The notes: a model not told the origin generated them from the sequence alone. Counted from the first letter of the stretch, positions 53,116-61,571 are shown. The stretch: 64,000 nt of DNA from Phaeosaccion multiseriatum (GCA_965112735.1 OZ218950.1:4526001-4590000); one strand, 5' to 3'. Made by a program: numbers and translations.

Positions 53116-54534
53116 GTGTGTGTGTGTGTGCGTGTGCGTGTGTGTGTGTGTGTGCGTGTGTGCGTGCGTGCTTACCTGCATGGCGTGAGTGCGTGCGTGC
53201 GGCGGCGGATTCTCGCGGACGGGCGGGAGAGTGGACTGCTCTTCGTCTCCCCTTCCCCTCCCCCCTGCCGCGTCCTTATGATTCTGAAACTGAACCTCGC
53301 ATCCCCCCTGTGCAGGTGGAGCTGCCCCGAGACGACCTCAAGCAGCTCGAGAAGGAGAAGCTTGAGGATCACGCACGCGCCTTCATGCTGCCCCCCGGGG
53401 TCAAGGGGTCTGCATGGAACCCCACCGATGAGAAGGTGGGAGGAGGAGGAGGAGGAAGAGGAGGAAGAGGGAGCGCGAATCCACCCACGATCACCCACCC
53501 ACCCATCCACCCACCTCACTCGCCCACCTCTCCACCCACCCACCCACCCACCCACCCACCTCACCCACCTCTGTCCGCAGACGGTCAAGCCAGGCAGCAA
53601 ACACGACAAAAACCTCACCGCCGCGGAGAATGCCGTCCGTTTCGGTTTGTTTTCTGTAACGCTCATGTACTTTCGAGCCCTGAGCTTCCTCTCGCAGCAG
53701 CGTCAGACAAGGCGAGAGCTGCACCAAAAGACTGGAGTGGGCATCGGTGTGGGCACTGACAAGGGCATGGGAAGGGAGGGAGGAGGAATGGGGGGAGATG
53801 GAGGCCCGGAATCACTCGCACTCACCCTCGGCAAGCAAACGAAGGGTTCGCAACCGGGGGCGCATCGCATCAAGGTGCGCGAGGAGCAGGACCACCGCGA
53901 GACCCTGCTGCACTTTCACCAATACCTCCACCTGGAGAAGGCAGAGAAGCGTGCTGTGCTCACCTTGCAGAGGGTCTATCGGGGACACGTGGGGCGGAAG
54001 ACGGCGCTCAAGTTTCGGTGTCGAAGGATGGAGTTTCGGGCACTGAATGCGCTCTTTGTCTCCGCGGCGCTGGTGTTGCAGCGGTGCTATCGCGGGCTTA
54101 GAGGACGGAGGAGGGCCAACAAGATTCGATCGGGCATTACGAATTGGTTGCAGGATCTTGTGGATGAAGACTACGCAGAGTTTAAGAGGATGTTTGACAA
54201 TCGGAGTGCAGCGGCACAGGCGATGAAGGTGTTGAGAGATGTGCAGGACGAGGCAAGGAGGAAGGAGGGAGGAGGAGGGGGTCTGTTGGGAGGAGGGGCG
54301 GGCGGGGGGGGAGAGGATGATGATGACGAGTTTGAGACGGATTCGGATGGTAGTAGTGATGGTAGTAGCGGTAGCAGTAGTGGTAGCACGGGTAGTAGTG
54401 GTGAGGATGAAGGAGGAGGGAACAAGAGGAAGAACAGCATGTCCGAGTCGGAGGGGGAGGGGGGCGGAGAAGGCGAAGAGGGCAGTAAGAAGAGTGGTGA
54501 TCGGGTTAGTGTTAAGAGGGAGTACAGCCTCTGA
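30236..54534 (+). CDS. Giant (~30 exons, roughly 4,700 aa) multidomain protein: EF-hand pair, alpha/beta-hydrolase-fold domain, coiled coils, 4 internal repeats, CxxC motif, 2 IQ motifs
   Basis: Successive exons join in frame at GT-AG sites, e.g. FDEL|GRGFVDE at 31717/32001, AT|DLMSF at 32133/32548, YIE|LCEEW, GQLK|VYLQ, GVDR|LVNP, DEK|TVKPG. IQ motifs [11 protein letters not shown] and [11 protein letters not shown] lie at ~53965-54115. One donor (after the exon starting ~51419) was not resolved. Confidence 0.85.
35043..35198 (+). repeat. Coding 18-bp tandem repeat (RGGSPT) x ~8.5
   Basis: CGAGGGGGGTCACCTACC repeated; translation [18 protein letters not shown]... Confidence 0.95.
38360..38950. 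repeat. Intronic G-rich minisatellite, ~35-bp unit (GAGTGGGTTACGGTGGTTATGGTGGGTGGGTGGGT)
   Basis: Directly visible tandem array, followed by (GT)n. Confidence 0.9.
39990..40760. repeat. Intronic C/A-rich minisatellite, ~11-bp unit (CCACACCACAA)
   Basis: Directly visible tandem array. Confidence 0.92.
46315..46505. repeat. Intronic 42-bp tandem repeat (CAGTCAC-rich) x ~4
   Basis: Repeated CCCAGTCACCAGTCACCAGTCACCTGCCTAACCATCTACCTA. Confidence 0.88.
47050..47195. repeat. Intronic AT-rich 39-bp tandem repeat x ~4
   Basis: Repeated TAACATCGACATGTGTATATGTATATCGACATTGACCTC. Confidence 0.88.
52430..52565. repeat. Intronic ~52-bp direct repeat x ~2.5
   Basis: Repeated CTCTATCTCTGTGTCCTGACACTCACGCACTGTCCTGTGACACCCTCTTGCT. 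Confidence 0.8.
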
Positions 54535-54648
54535 TTTCGACCCTGGACAAGATTACGGTGTGCGCCAGCCGTAATCAGTAATCAGCCCCCAAAATTAGGC
54601 TGGTACTGGTATCAGGCCGGCTGGCTCTGGTGACTTTATTGACTTAAT

Positions 54649-54677
54649 AGGAATCACCTAAGAAACTGAAAGTGTGA

Positions 54678-54713
<36 letters not shown>

Positions 54714-57700
54714 GTGTCGCTGTGTCTCCGGGGCCCTCGAGGGGCCGGTTACTCCCCCTCTAGGGCGGGGAGGGGGAGTGCGGGACCGGCTCCGCGGTTG
54801 AGCCGACCCAGGAAGGCGCGCTCCCGCTCCGAGAGCCACATCTGGTGGCTGCAGCTGACGAGGCGGCGTAGTCGTGTCAGGACGTGGCCCTTGGTGGTGG
54901 AGGAGCCCGAGCGGCCAGTGCGGGTGACCACGTGCTCGGCGAGTGCGTGCAGGAGCGATTGCGCCTGTGCGCCGAGTCGGCCGTGGGTCTCGATGGCGAA
55001 GGTGGAGAGGCGAACACGCTCTCGGTCGTAGGTGCCCCTGTAATGTCGCTCCTTGCGGGTCTCGCTGTTGGCGGCTGCCGCTCCCGGTCTAATGTCCGTG
55101 CGGAGCACATTCAAGGCCGTCCTGCAGAGGTTGTTACTCAGGGTTAGGTCAAGCATGTGCGCCGGGTGGGCAAAGGTGGGGTCGCGGGCTCCGGAGAGGG
55201 CGCCTCGGGGGAGGGTGGCGTCCATGCGGAAGGTCCGGGCGATGTTGTGCGGGGGGTTGAAGAACTCCGAGCTCTCGTGTCCGACGCGGGAGACGCAGTT
55301 CTGCTTGAACATGTCCTCGACGGAGGAGAGCATCCCGGTGTGATAGAGAGTGCTCTGGTTGGGGCACTGGATGGCGTGGGAGGAGTCGGCGCGTGTGTTG
55401 CAGCGGGTGCAGACTAGTGCGTCGGGTTCCCCAGGGCTGTACAGGCAGTTGATGCCGAGGGAGCGTCGTAGGGCCCCTACCATGTCTTGGGCCGGCATGG
55501 AGACCTGTCCAGGTGAGGTGGCGATGAAGCCCATGGCCCCGTCGCTGCTCTGGCTCAGGTGCCGAGACTTGGCCTGTCGGCGAGACTCCATGCCGGTATC
55601 GGCAGCAGCAGCGTCGTCGGGGAGTCGGTCCAGTGAGGCGCGGTACTTGTCCCGGCGTTGCGGCGCTAGGCATCTCTGCAGGGCGCGCTGCGTCTGCTGC
55701 TGCGGGGCCCAGTTGCCCTGGGCGAGGCTGGTGTCGAAGGCGTCCTCGGCTCGTTGGCGGTCCGCTGCTGAGGTGAGCGCGAGGTTGACCAGGGGGAGGG
55801 GGAGATTCATCTCCAGGTCTTGTCGGGAGAGGGTCCCGTCTTCGGCGGCGGCCTGGATGGTGGTGAGGATGTTTTGGACGGAGCTACTCTGGCGGAGGGC
55901 TGGGGCGAGGTCGCGTAGGTCCGCCTCTGGCCAGATGGCTCCCGGTGTGATCACTGACTGGAGGGTGTCGGCAGCTGCGCCCAGGTAGGCTGGTATGGCG
56001 GTGTTGGTGAGGGAGAGGGAGCCCCAACCTCCTTGGGACTGGGGAAGGAACATCTGTTGGTGCTGGTGTGAGGCGAGCTGAAGGTGCGACAGTCGGTCCG
56101 AGGGTGCGCTGGCGATGATGTCTCCGATGGTGTCCGCTCCTGGGAGTTGGAGTAGGGCCTCTCCGACGGCGAGGCTGAGGGCGTCGCCGGGGGAGGCAAT
56201 GGTGTTGGTCGTCTGGCCGGGGGCGGCACCGCGCAGATAGTGCTGGAGTTTTGGCGAGAGTGACTTCGTGAGCAGGAGGAGGGCGGGTTGTGTCTCCTGC
56301 ATGAGGGCGATCTGCTCGGCGAGGTTTAGGAAGGCGTGTCTGTCGGGTCCGTCCACCATGAGTAGGGAGAGGTAACCTCTGATGAAGTCGTCTTGGCCGA
56401 CTGGGAGGCCGACAATGCTCAAGCCGCCGTCCTCGATGATGGTGCCGCCGGTGCGGTCCACAAAGGCGCGCTCTTCCATGGTGACGTGGTGGCCCGGGGG
56501 GGGGAGGTATCGTTGCTTGTCCGTGCGGCGGGTGAGGCCGATGGAGGCGAGGTCGGTGGTGAAGGTGTCGAGAGTGGGCTCGAAGTCGGCGAGGTTGCCG
56601 CGCCAGGGGTGGACGAAGTCGTCCTGGTAGGCCCGGGGTGCGGGGATGCCCTCCTGACGGGCCTCGTTGGTCCACTTCTGTTGGAGGGGGTAGAGTGCGC
56701 AGCAGAAGTTCTTGCTGGCCTCGGGGTCGCCTTGTCCGCCGCTGCCGCGGTTGGTGCGTAGCAGCTGGTTGCCGTCGTCAGACAGGTAGATGAGGTCGCG
56801 GTCCTTCCCAAGGGCGGCGATGTTGTGCTCGATGCCACGGGGGTCGACGAGGGCGGTTCCCGTGAGCGTGGCCGCGGTTGTGACTTCGTTGTGGGCGTTG
56901 CGGAGGTCGCTGGTAGCGACGCAGTAGCCCATGTCGTGGAGCAGTTGGGCGGATTTGGCGACTTTCTCCGTGCCGTTCTTCGTCGCGACGCCAAGCTGGC
57001 CGACGCTCTCGAATGCCTCCTGGTAGGCGGGCTTGTAGTGGATGCCGTGGGTGGAGTGAAAGAGGCGGGTGAGCGTCTCCTTTACGGCGATGGGGCGTCG
57101 TTTCTCGCCGAGAGCGTCGAGGCAGGCATGGGTGAAGAGGCCGTGGAAGTACTCCGGGAGTTTGCCCAGGGACTCGTGGGCAAGGGGGAACTCGTTGACA
57201 AGGAGGAGGAGGAGGTCGGTGCCGTGGGCGGGGTCTTGAAGCATGTCCTTCAGGTGGGAGTAGCGGAGGCCTGAGGGGCCTGGTCCCGAGTGCCAGTTGG
57301 CGTTGATGAGTGCCTGCCGGATGACTCTGCGGTGGTCGGCGTTGTTGGGCTTAGCGTAGCGGCCGGGGTGTGCGGCGATGGTCCGTTGTGCGGTGGCGCG
57401 TGCGGAGGTGATGACCTCTTGCAGGGTTTCCGGGGCTGGCTCGCGTGGGTGCTTGGCGGCGAGGATGTCGAAGGTGGCCTGGTTGCGGGGGGGTTGATGC
57501 TCTGTCGAGGAGAGCGCGCTGGCTGCCTTGCTGATGCCTCCGGGTCGAGCGGTGAGTCCGGCAGCCCACGATCGTTTGGCTGCATCCGAGCGCACGGGGT
57601 CTTGTCGGGGGCGGCGGGCTTGGGCGTTTGCAATGAGCCTGCGAACGTGCTCCTCAATGACGAGGTTGTGGACGTCGTTGGCCATTTGGGCGCGTGAGTA

Positions 57701-59809
57701 CTTGGGGGCGTGGCCGAGGATGAGGGCGGGGAGGAGTTGCCGAAAGTTGAGCCAGGCCCGAGCGGTGTTCCATGCGTCCTCTGGGGCAGCCGGTTCCAGG
57801 GCGGCGCGGATGGAGGTGATGAGTTGCCGGCCGATGTGGAGGTAGAAGGTGGCGAAGTGGAGGTTCTTGTGGAGGTGTTTGACAGTGGGGAAGACGAGTC
57901 CTTTGAGGTCGTATTGTGCCAATCCTTGGATCGTTGGGTGGTCCGAGGTCCAGTGTGGGAGGGGTAGGGGGGGGGGGTCTGCGCCGGGGTCCGGCGCGGG
58001 GTCCCTTGCGTCCTCACCAGGAGGTGGCGCCGGTCCACCTCCTGCGCCGGGTAGCTGTCGTCGGTGGTGGTCGATGACGCCGGTGGTGATGGCGTCCAGT
58101 TCCCGTGCGAGTTGGGCGTGCTGTTCCGGTGTGAAGGCGTGAGTGGCGAGCTGGTTGGCGTAGTGGGTCCTGATGTTGTCGACGGTGATGAGCGGCGGGA
58201 AGCGAGTGGGGCAGGGCTCGTTTCCGGCGCGTTGTTCAAGGATGCTGATGCAGTGGAGTCGGCCGTGGGCGTCAAGGTGAAGGTCTTGCAGGGCGGGGGT
58301 GGCCACCCTGTCGGCCATGCTGCCCGCCTGACAGCGGGGGTGGAAGCTGTGGCCGCAGGGGTAGGAGATCGCCTCTCCTGCGGGGATGACTTCGGCACAG
58401 ATGTGGCAGATCTGGCGTGCCGGGTCGCGCGGGGGGCCAGGTGGTGGGGCCGCAAGGCGGTTGGTAAGGCGGTTGGCCAGGCGTGTAGCAGTGTCCTCCG
58501 GGAGGCGGGAGATGAGGGCCTCGTGGGTTTCCGAGCTGCGGCAGTAGGCGCAGTCGGAGCTGGTGGGGAAGTGCGGTGGATCCGTAGCGTTGTGGAAGAT
58601 GGCGTCGGAGATGCAGTCCGCGTGGGCTGGATGGGGGTGCTGTGCGCAAGCGTGGAAGGGAGCGGTGGGCGCGCTGTTGAGTGGCTCTAGGCAGTACAGG
58701 CAGCGGTCCTGGCCTTCGTCCTCAGGGGGGTCTTGGTCGTCGTTGTCGTCCGGGTCCTCATGGGGTGGGGTTCCGGGGGGGCTACCGGGGAGCGAGGCGG
58801 GGGGGCTGGGGGGTGGGCTGGCTGACGGCCCTCCTGGGGGGGGTCCTCCCCCTGGCCCATGGGGGGGGGAGGGTGGGGGGCTGTCCGTGGGGTCGTTGCG
58901 TGGGGATGTGCTTGTTCCGTCCGGTGGTGATTGTCGGGGGGGCTCTGGGGGCGATGGTGGGGCCATGGGTGGTGCTGGGGGGTCGGGGTCGTCCTCCTTG
59001 CTCTCGTGGGGGTGTGTATCCTCTTGCTTGGACTCCTCCTCCTCTGCCTCGTCTCTCTGGCTCGTGGCACAGGTGCTGCACGTGCCTGGTTGGTTGGAGA
59101 CGGTGGCGCTGTAGTTGTTGCAGGTGGAACATGCGTAGGTGGGGCGGGGTGAGGCGCGGGAGCGTTGGGAGCGGAGGGCCTGAGCGGTCTCTAGGGCGCT
59201 GAGGACGGCCGGCTCCTGTGTCTGGAGGTAGACCTCGTAGGCACGGGCTTGGTTGCGGTGCCATTGGCGTTGGTGGTCGTTGACGTTGCGGCGTGCGTGG
59301 AATCCGAGGGGCACCGGTAGGTGACGGGGGCAGTTTTGGAAGCGGCAGTGGAACTCCGTGGCCGTGGAGAGAGCGTGGCCAAAGGGGAGCACTATGGGCT
59401 GGGGCCTGGGCAGGGGGGGGGTGGAACTGAGTGATCGGCGTTGATGGGCTCGGTCCAGGGGGGTTGGGGGTGGCCCGTGCCGTCGGCGTGGGCGAGGGCT
59501 GCTGTTGCCGGTGGAGGTAGGCGTGGTTGCGTCTGAGTCTTGTTGTCGGGGTGCGTGGTCGTCCACTGGTGCTCGGCGTCTGAGCCTGCCGGGGGGCAGG
59601 ACAGGGGGGGGGTTGGCCTCCCCTTGCTGGTGCGCAGGGGGTGAAGAGCGGCTCCTTGGCGTGTTTCGTCGAGCAGTGGCTGTTGTAGAGGCTGAGCGTG
59701 TACGTGAACGGGGCGGGGGGGAATCTTCCGGTTGGCGGGGGGGAATCACAGGGCTCTATTGCGTGTGTTGGTTGTTCGCTCTCCGCGTGGCGCTCCAGCG
59801 GAAACATCG
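54649..59809 (-). mobile_element. Non-LTR retrotransposon, CRE-like clade (RT + restriction-like endonuclease), near full length; ends approximate
   Basis: Single 1666-codon ORF (54749-59749). RT motifs GPGPSG, RPIAVKETLTRL, QLGV..GTE, DLRNAHN, QGDP and YQDD (56618-56629). CCHC knuckle CTRC..HAIQC. RLE motifs RMD, LDLT, K..HY and FAIETHGRLG. Intronless and free of microsatellites, unlike the host genes. Confidence 0.92.
54749..59749 (-). CDS. Retrotransposon polyprotein: C2H2 zinc finger, C4 zinc ribbon, two RING-H2-like fingers, RT, CCHC knuckle, RLE
   Basis: FHCRFQNC..HQRQWH; CSTC..CSTC; CLYC..C..H..H..C..CAYC; CHIC..CGHSFHPRC..C..C; RT and RLE motifs as in the mobile-element entry. Confidence 0.9.
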   Translation of the reverse strand: MIPPRQPEDSPPPRSRTRSASTTATARRNTPRSRSSPPAHQQGEANPPPVLPPGRLRRRAPVDDHAPRQQDSDATTPTSTGNSSPRPRRRHGPPPTPLDRAHQRRSLSSTPPLPRPQPIVLPFGHALSTATEFHCRFQNCPRHLPVPLGFHARRNVNDHQRQWHRNQARAYEVYLQTQEPAVLSALETAQALRSQRSRASPRPTYACSTCNNYSATVSNQPGTCSTCATSQRDEAEEEESKQEDTHPHESKEDDPDPPAPPMAPPSPPEPPRQSPPDGTSTSPRNDPTDSPPPSPPHGPGGGPPPGGPSASPPPSPPASLPGSPPGTPPHEDPDDNDDQDPPEDEGQDRCLYCLEPLNSAPTAPFHACAQHPHPAHADCISDAIFHNATDPPHFPTSSDCAYCRSSETHEALISRLPEDTATRLANRLTNRLAAPPPGPPRDPARQICHICAEVIPAGEAISYPCGHSFHPRCQAGSMADRVATPALQDLHLDAHGRLHCISILEQRAGNEPCPTRFPPLITVDNIRTHYANQLATHAFTPEQHAQLARELDAITTGVIDHHRRQLPGAGGGPAPPPGEDARDPAPDPGADPPPLPLPHWTSDHPTIQGLAQYDLKGLVFPTVKHLHKNLHFATFYLHIGRQLITSIRAALEPAAPEDAWNTARAWLNFRQLLPALILGHAPKYSRAQMANDVHNLVIEEHVRRLIANAQARRPRQDPVRSDAAKRSWAAGLTARPGGISKAASALSSTEHQPPRNQATFDILAAKHPREPAPETLQEVITSARATAQRTIAAHPGRYAKPNNADHRRVIRQALINANWHSGPGPSGLRYSHLKDMLQDPAHGTDLLLLLVNEFPLAHESLGKLPEYFHGLFTHACLDALGEKRRPIAVKETLTRLFHSTHGIHYKPAYQEAFESVGQLGVATKNGTEKVAKSAQLLHDMGYCVATSDLRNAHNEVTTAATLTGTALVDPRGIEHNIAALGKDRDLIYLSDDGNQLLRTNRGSGGQGDPEASKNFCCALYPLQQKWTNEARQEGIPAPRAYQDDFVHPWRGNLADFEPTLDTFTTDLASIGLTRRTDKQRYLPPPGHHVTMEERAFVDRTGGTIIEDGGLSIVGLPVGQDDFIRGYLSLLMVDGPDRHAFLNLAEQIALMQETQPALLLLTKSLSPKLQHYLRGAAPGQTTNTIASPGDALSLAVGEALLQLPGADTIGDIIASAPSDRLSHLQLASHQHQQMFLPQSQGGWGSLSLTNTAIPAYLGAAADTLQSVITPGAIWPEADLRDLAPALRQSSSVQNILTTIQAAAEDGTLSRQDLEMNLPLPLVNLALTSAADRQRAEDAFDTSLAQGNWAPQQQTQRALQRCLAPQRRDKYRASLDRLPDDAAAADTGMESRRQAKSRHLSQSSDGAMGFIATSPGQVSMPAQDMVGALRRSLGINCLYSPGEPDALVCTRCNTRADSSHAIQCPNQSTLYHTGMLSSVEDMFKQNCVSRVGHESSEFFNPPHNIARTFRMDATLPRGALSGARDPTFAHPAHMLDLTLSNNLCRTALNVLRTDIRPGAAAANSETRKERHYRGTYDRERVRLSTFAIETHGRLGAQAQSLLHALAEHVVTRTGRSGSSTTKGHVLTRLRRLVSCSHQMWLSERERAFLGRLNRGAGPALPLPALEGE

Positions 59810-59945
59810 ATTGACATAATTCCCCCCCCCCCCTTCACTTTGTTCCATACTATCTTCTGCAGGGGCAAGGGGCAAAAAACAAAACAAAAGACAGAAGCAC
59901 CTGCCCTACTGGTGTACTCACTCCGCAATACGAACCTAGTAAACA

Positions 59946-61571
59946 ATGCTAATGATGAGAGCAATGTCGTTGAGGGGTGTGGCTAGAGTCTACTACTCCT
60001 CTTACATTGGCAGGAATAGAAGAGGACCTGCAACAGTAGGAGGCACCGCCGCTGAACGGCGTACCGACTCAGCTCTCCATCAGCTGAAGCAGCTGCAGCA
60101 GCAATGGTTCTGCTCCTCTACTGGGGGAGATGAGAAGTCGAGGCAGATGCGGCTCATGAGGGAGATTCAAGATCTGGGGAGGAGCAGGGATTGGAAAAGG
60201 GTGGCACCTACTCTGGAGCGCGCACGGCATGAGGGCCTCAAGCCCGACGTGTACTGCATGAGTGCTGCTATTACAGCGATTGGGAAGTGCGGGCGGTGGA
60301 AGGGCGCCTTGGCTCTCTTGGCAGAGATGAAGGCAGAAGGACTCGCTCCCGATCAAATCAGCTACAGCTCCACCATTAACGCATGCGCTAAGGCCAGCCA
60401 ACACGTGGAGGCATTGGGTTTACTGAGGGAGATGAAGGCAGAGGGACTCGCTCCCAATCAGATCAGCTACAGCTCCACCATTAACGCATGCGCTAATGCC
60501 AGCCAACACGTGGAGGCATTGGGCTTACTGAGGGAGATGAAGGCAGAGGGACTCGCTCCCGATCAAATCAGCTACAGCTCCGCCATTAACGCATGCGCCA
60601 AGGCCAGCCAACACGTGGAGGCATTGGGTTTACTGAGGGAGATGAAGGCAGAAGGACTCGCTCCCGATCAAATCAGCTACAGCTCCGCCATTAACGCATG
60701 CGCCAAGGCCAGCCAACACGCGGAGGCATTGGGTTTACTGAGGGAGATGAAGGCAGAGGGACTCGCTCCCAATCAAATCAGCTACAGCTCCACCATTAAC
60801 GCATGCGCCAAGGCTAGCCAACACGTGGAGGCATTGGGCTTACTGAGGGAGATGAAGGCAGAGGGACTCGCTCCCGATCAAATCAGCTACAGCTCCACCA
60901 TTAACGCATGCGCCAAGGCTAGCCAACACGCGGAGCCATTGGGCTTACTGAGGGAGATGAAGGCAGAGGGACTCGCTCTAGACCAAATCACCTACAGCTC
61001 CACCATTCACGCATGCGCTAAGGCCAGCCAACACGTGGAGGCATTGGGCTTACTGAGGGAGATGAAGGCAGAGGGACTCGCTCCCGATCAAATCAGCTAC
61101 AGCTCCACCATAAACGCATGCGCCAAGGCCAGCCGACACGTGGAGGCATTGGGCTTACTGAGGGAGGTGACGGCACAAGGACTTGCTCCGGATACTATCA
61201 GCTACAGTGCTACGATGGACGCTTTGCAGGAGGCTGGCGACGAGGAGGCTGCTGACGAGCTGTACGCAGAGGCCGCGTCGCAAGGGTTCTTCGCACACTG
61301 GCTGGTGCCTGGGAGGGTGATGGACTTGCACGACTTCACCAGGGGAACGAGCAAGGCAGCGCTTCGTCACGTGCTTTCAGAGGGGAAGGTGCAGGTCGAG
61401 ATCAAAGTCATCACAGGCCGAGGCCGAGGCAGCGAGGATGGCGTCAGCGTTCTCAAGCCCGCGGTGCTGGCCTATTTGCAGGAGAGGCCGGGCGTCGAAG
61501 TATGGGAAGACAGACACAACCCGGGGATGGTGGTGATGCGAATCACCGGTCCGGCAGCAACAACCCTCTGA
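59946..61571 (+). CDS. PPR-SMR protein (~11 PPR motifs + intact SMR nuclease domain), intronless, with a mitochondrial-like presequence
   Basis: Repeated QISYSSTINACAKASQHVEALGLLREMKAEGLAP(D/N); SMR motifs MDLHDF, VITGRGRGS and NPG; Arg/Ser-rich, acid-poor N-terminus. Confidence 0.95.
   Translation: MLMMRAMSLRGVARVYYSSYIGRNRRGPATVGGTAAERRTDSALHQLKQLQQQWFCSSTGGDEKSRQMRLMREIQDLGRSRDWKRVAPTLERARHEGLKPDVYCMSAAITAIGKCGRWKGALALLAEMKAEGLAPDQISYSSTINACAKASQHVEALGLLREMKAEGLAPNQISYSSTINACANASQHVEALGLLREMKAEGLAPDQISYSSAINACAKASQHVEALGLLREMKAEGLAPDQISYSSAINACAKASQHAEALGLLREMKAEGLAPNQISYSSTINACAKASQHVEALGLLREMKAEGLAPDQISYSSTINACAKASQHAEPLGLLREMKAEGLALDQITYSSTIHACAKASQHVEALGLLREMKAEGLAPDQISYSSTINACAKASRHVEALGLLREVTAQGLAPDTISYSATMDALQEAGDEEAADELYAEAASQGFFAHWLVPGRVMDLHDFTRGTSKAALRHVLSEGKVQVEIKVITGRGRGSEDGVSVLKPAVLAYLQERPGVEVWEDRHNPGMVVMRITGPAATTL
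60324..61207 (+). repeat. Coding tandem repeat, 105-bp unit x ~8.5, near-identical at DNA level (PPR array)
   Basis: The PPR position-35 codons fall exactly 105 nt apart: 60351, 60456, 60561, 60666, 60771, 60876, 60981, 61086, 61191. Confidence 0.97.

Noticed and set aside
54535-54660. Possible hammerhead ribozyme at the retroelement 3' end (CTGA...GAAA)
   Set aside because: The core reads CTGATTA rather than CTGANGA and the stem topology does not fit; kept only as generic hairpins.
58782-59807. 341-aa overlapping ORF as a separate ORF1 of the retrotransposon
   Set aside because: No motifs, and openness is expected in C-rich sequence; only its first ~24 codons may be meaningful as the true N-terminus.
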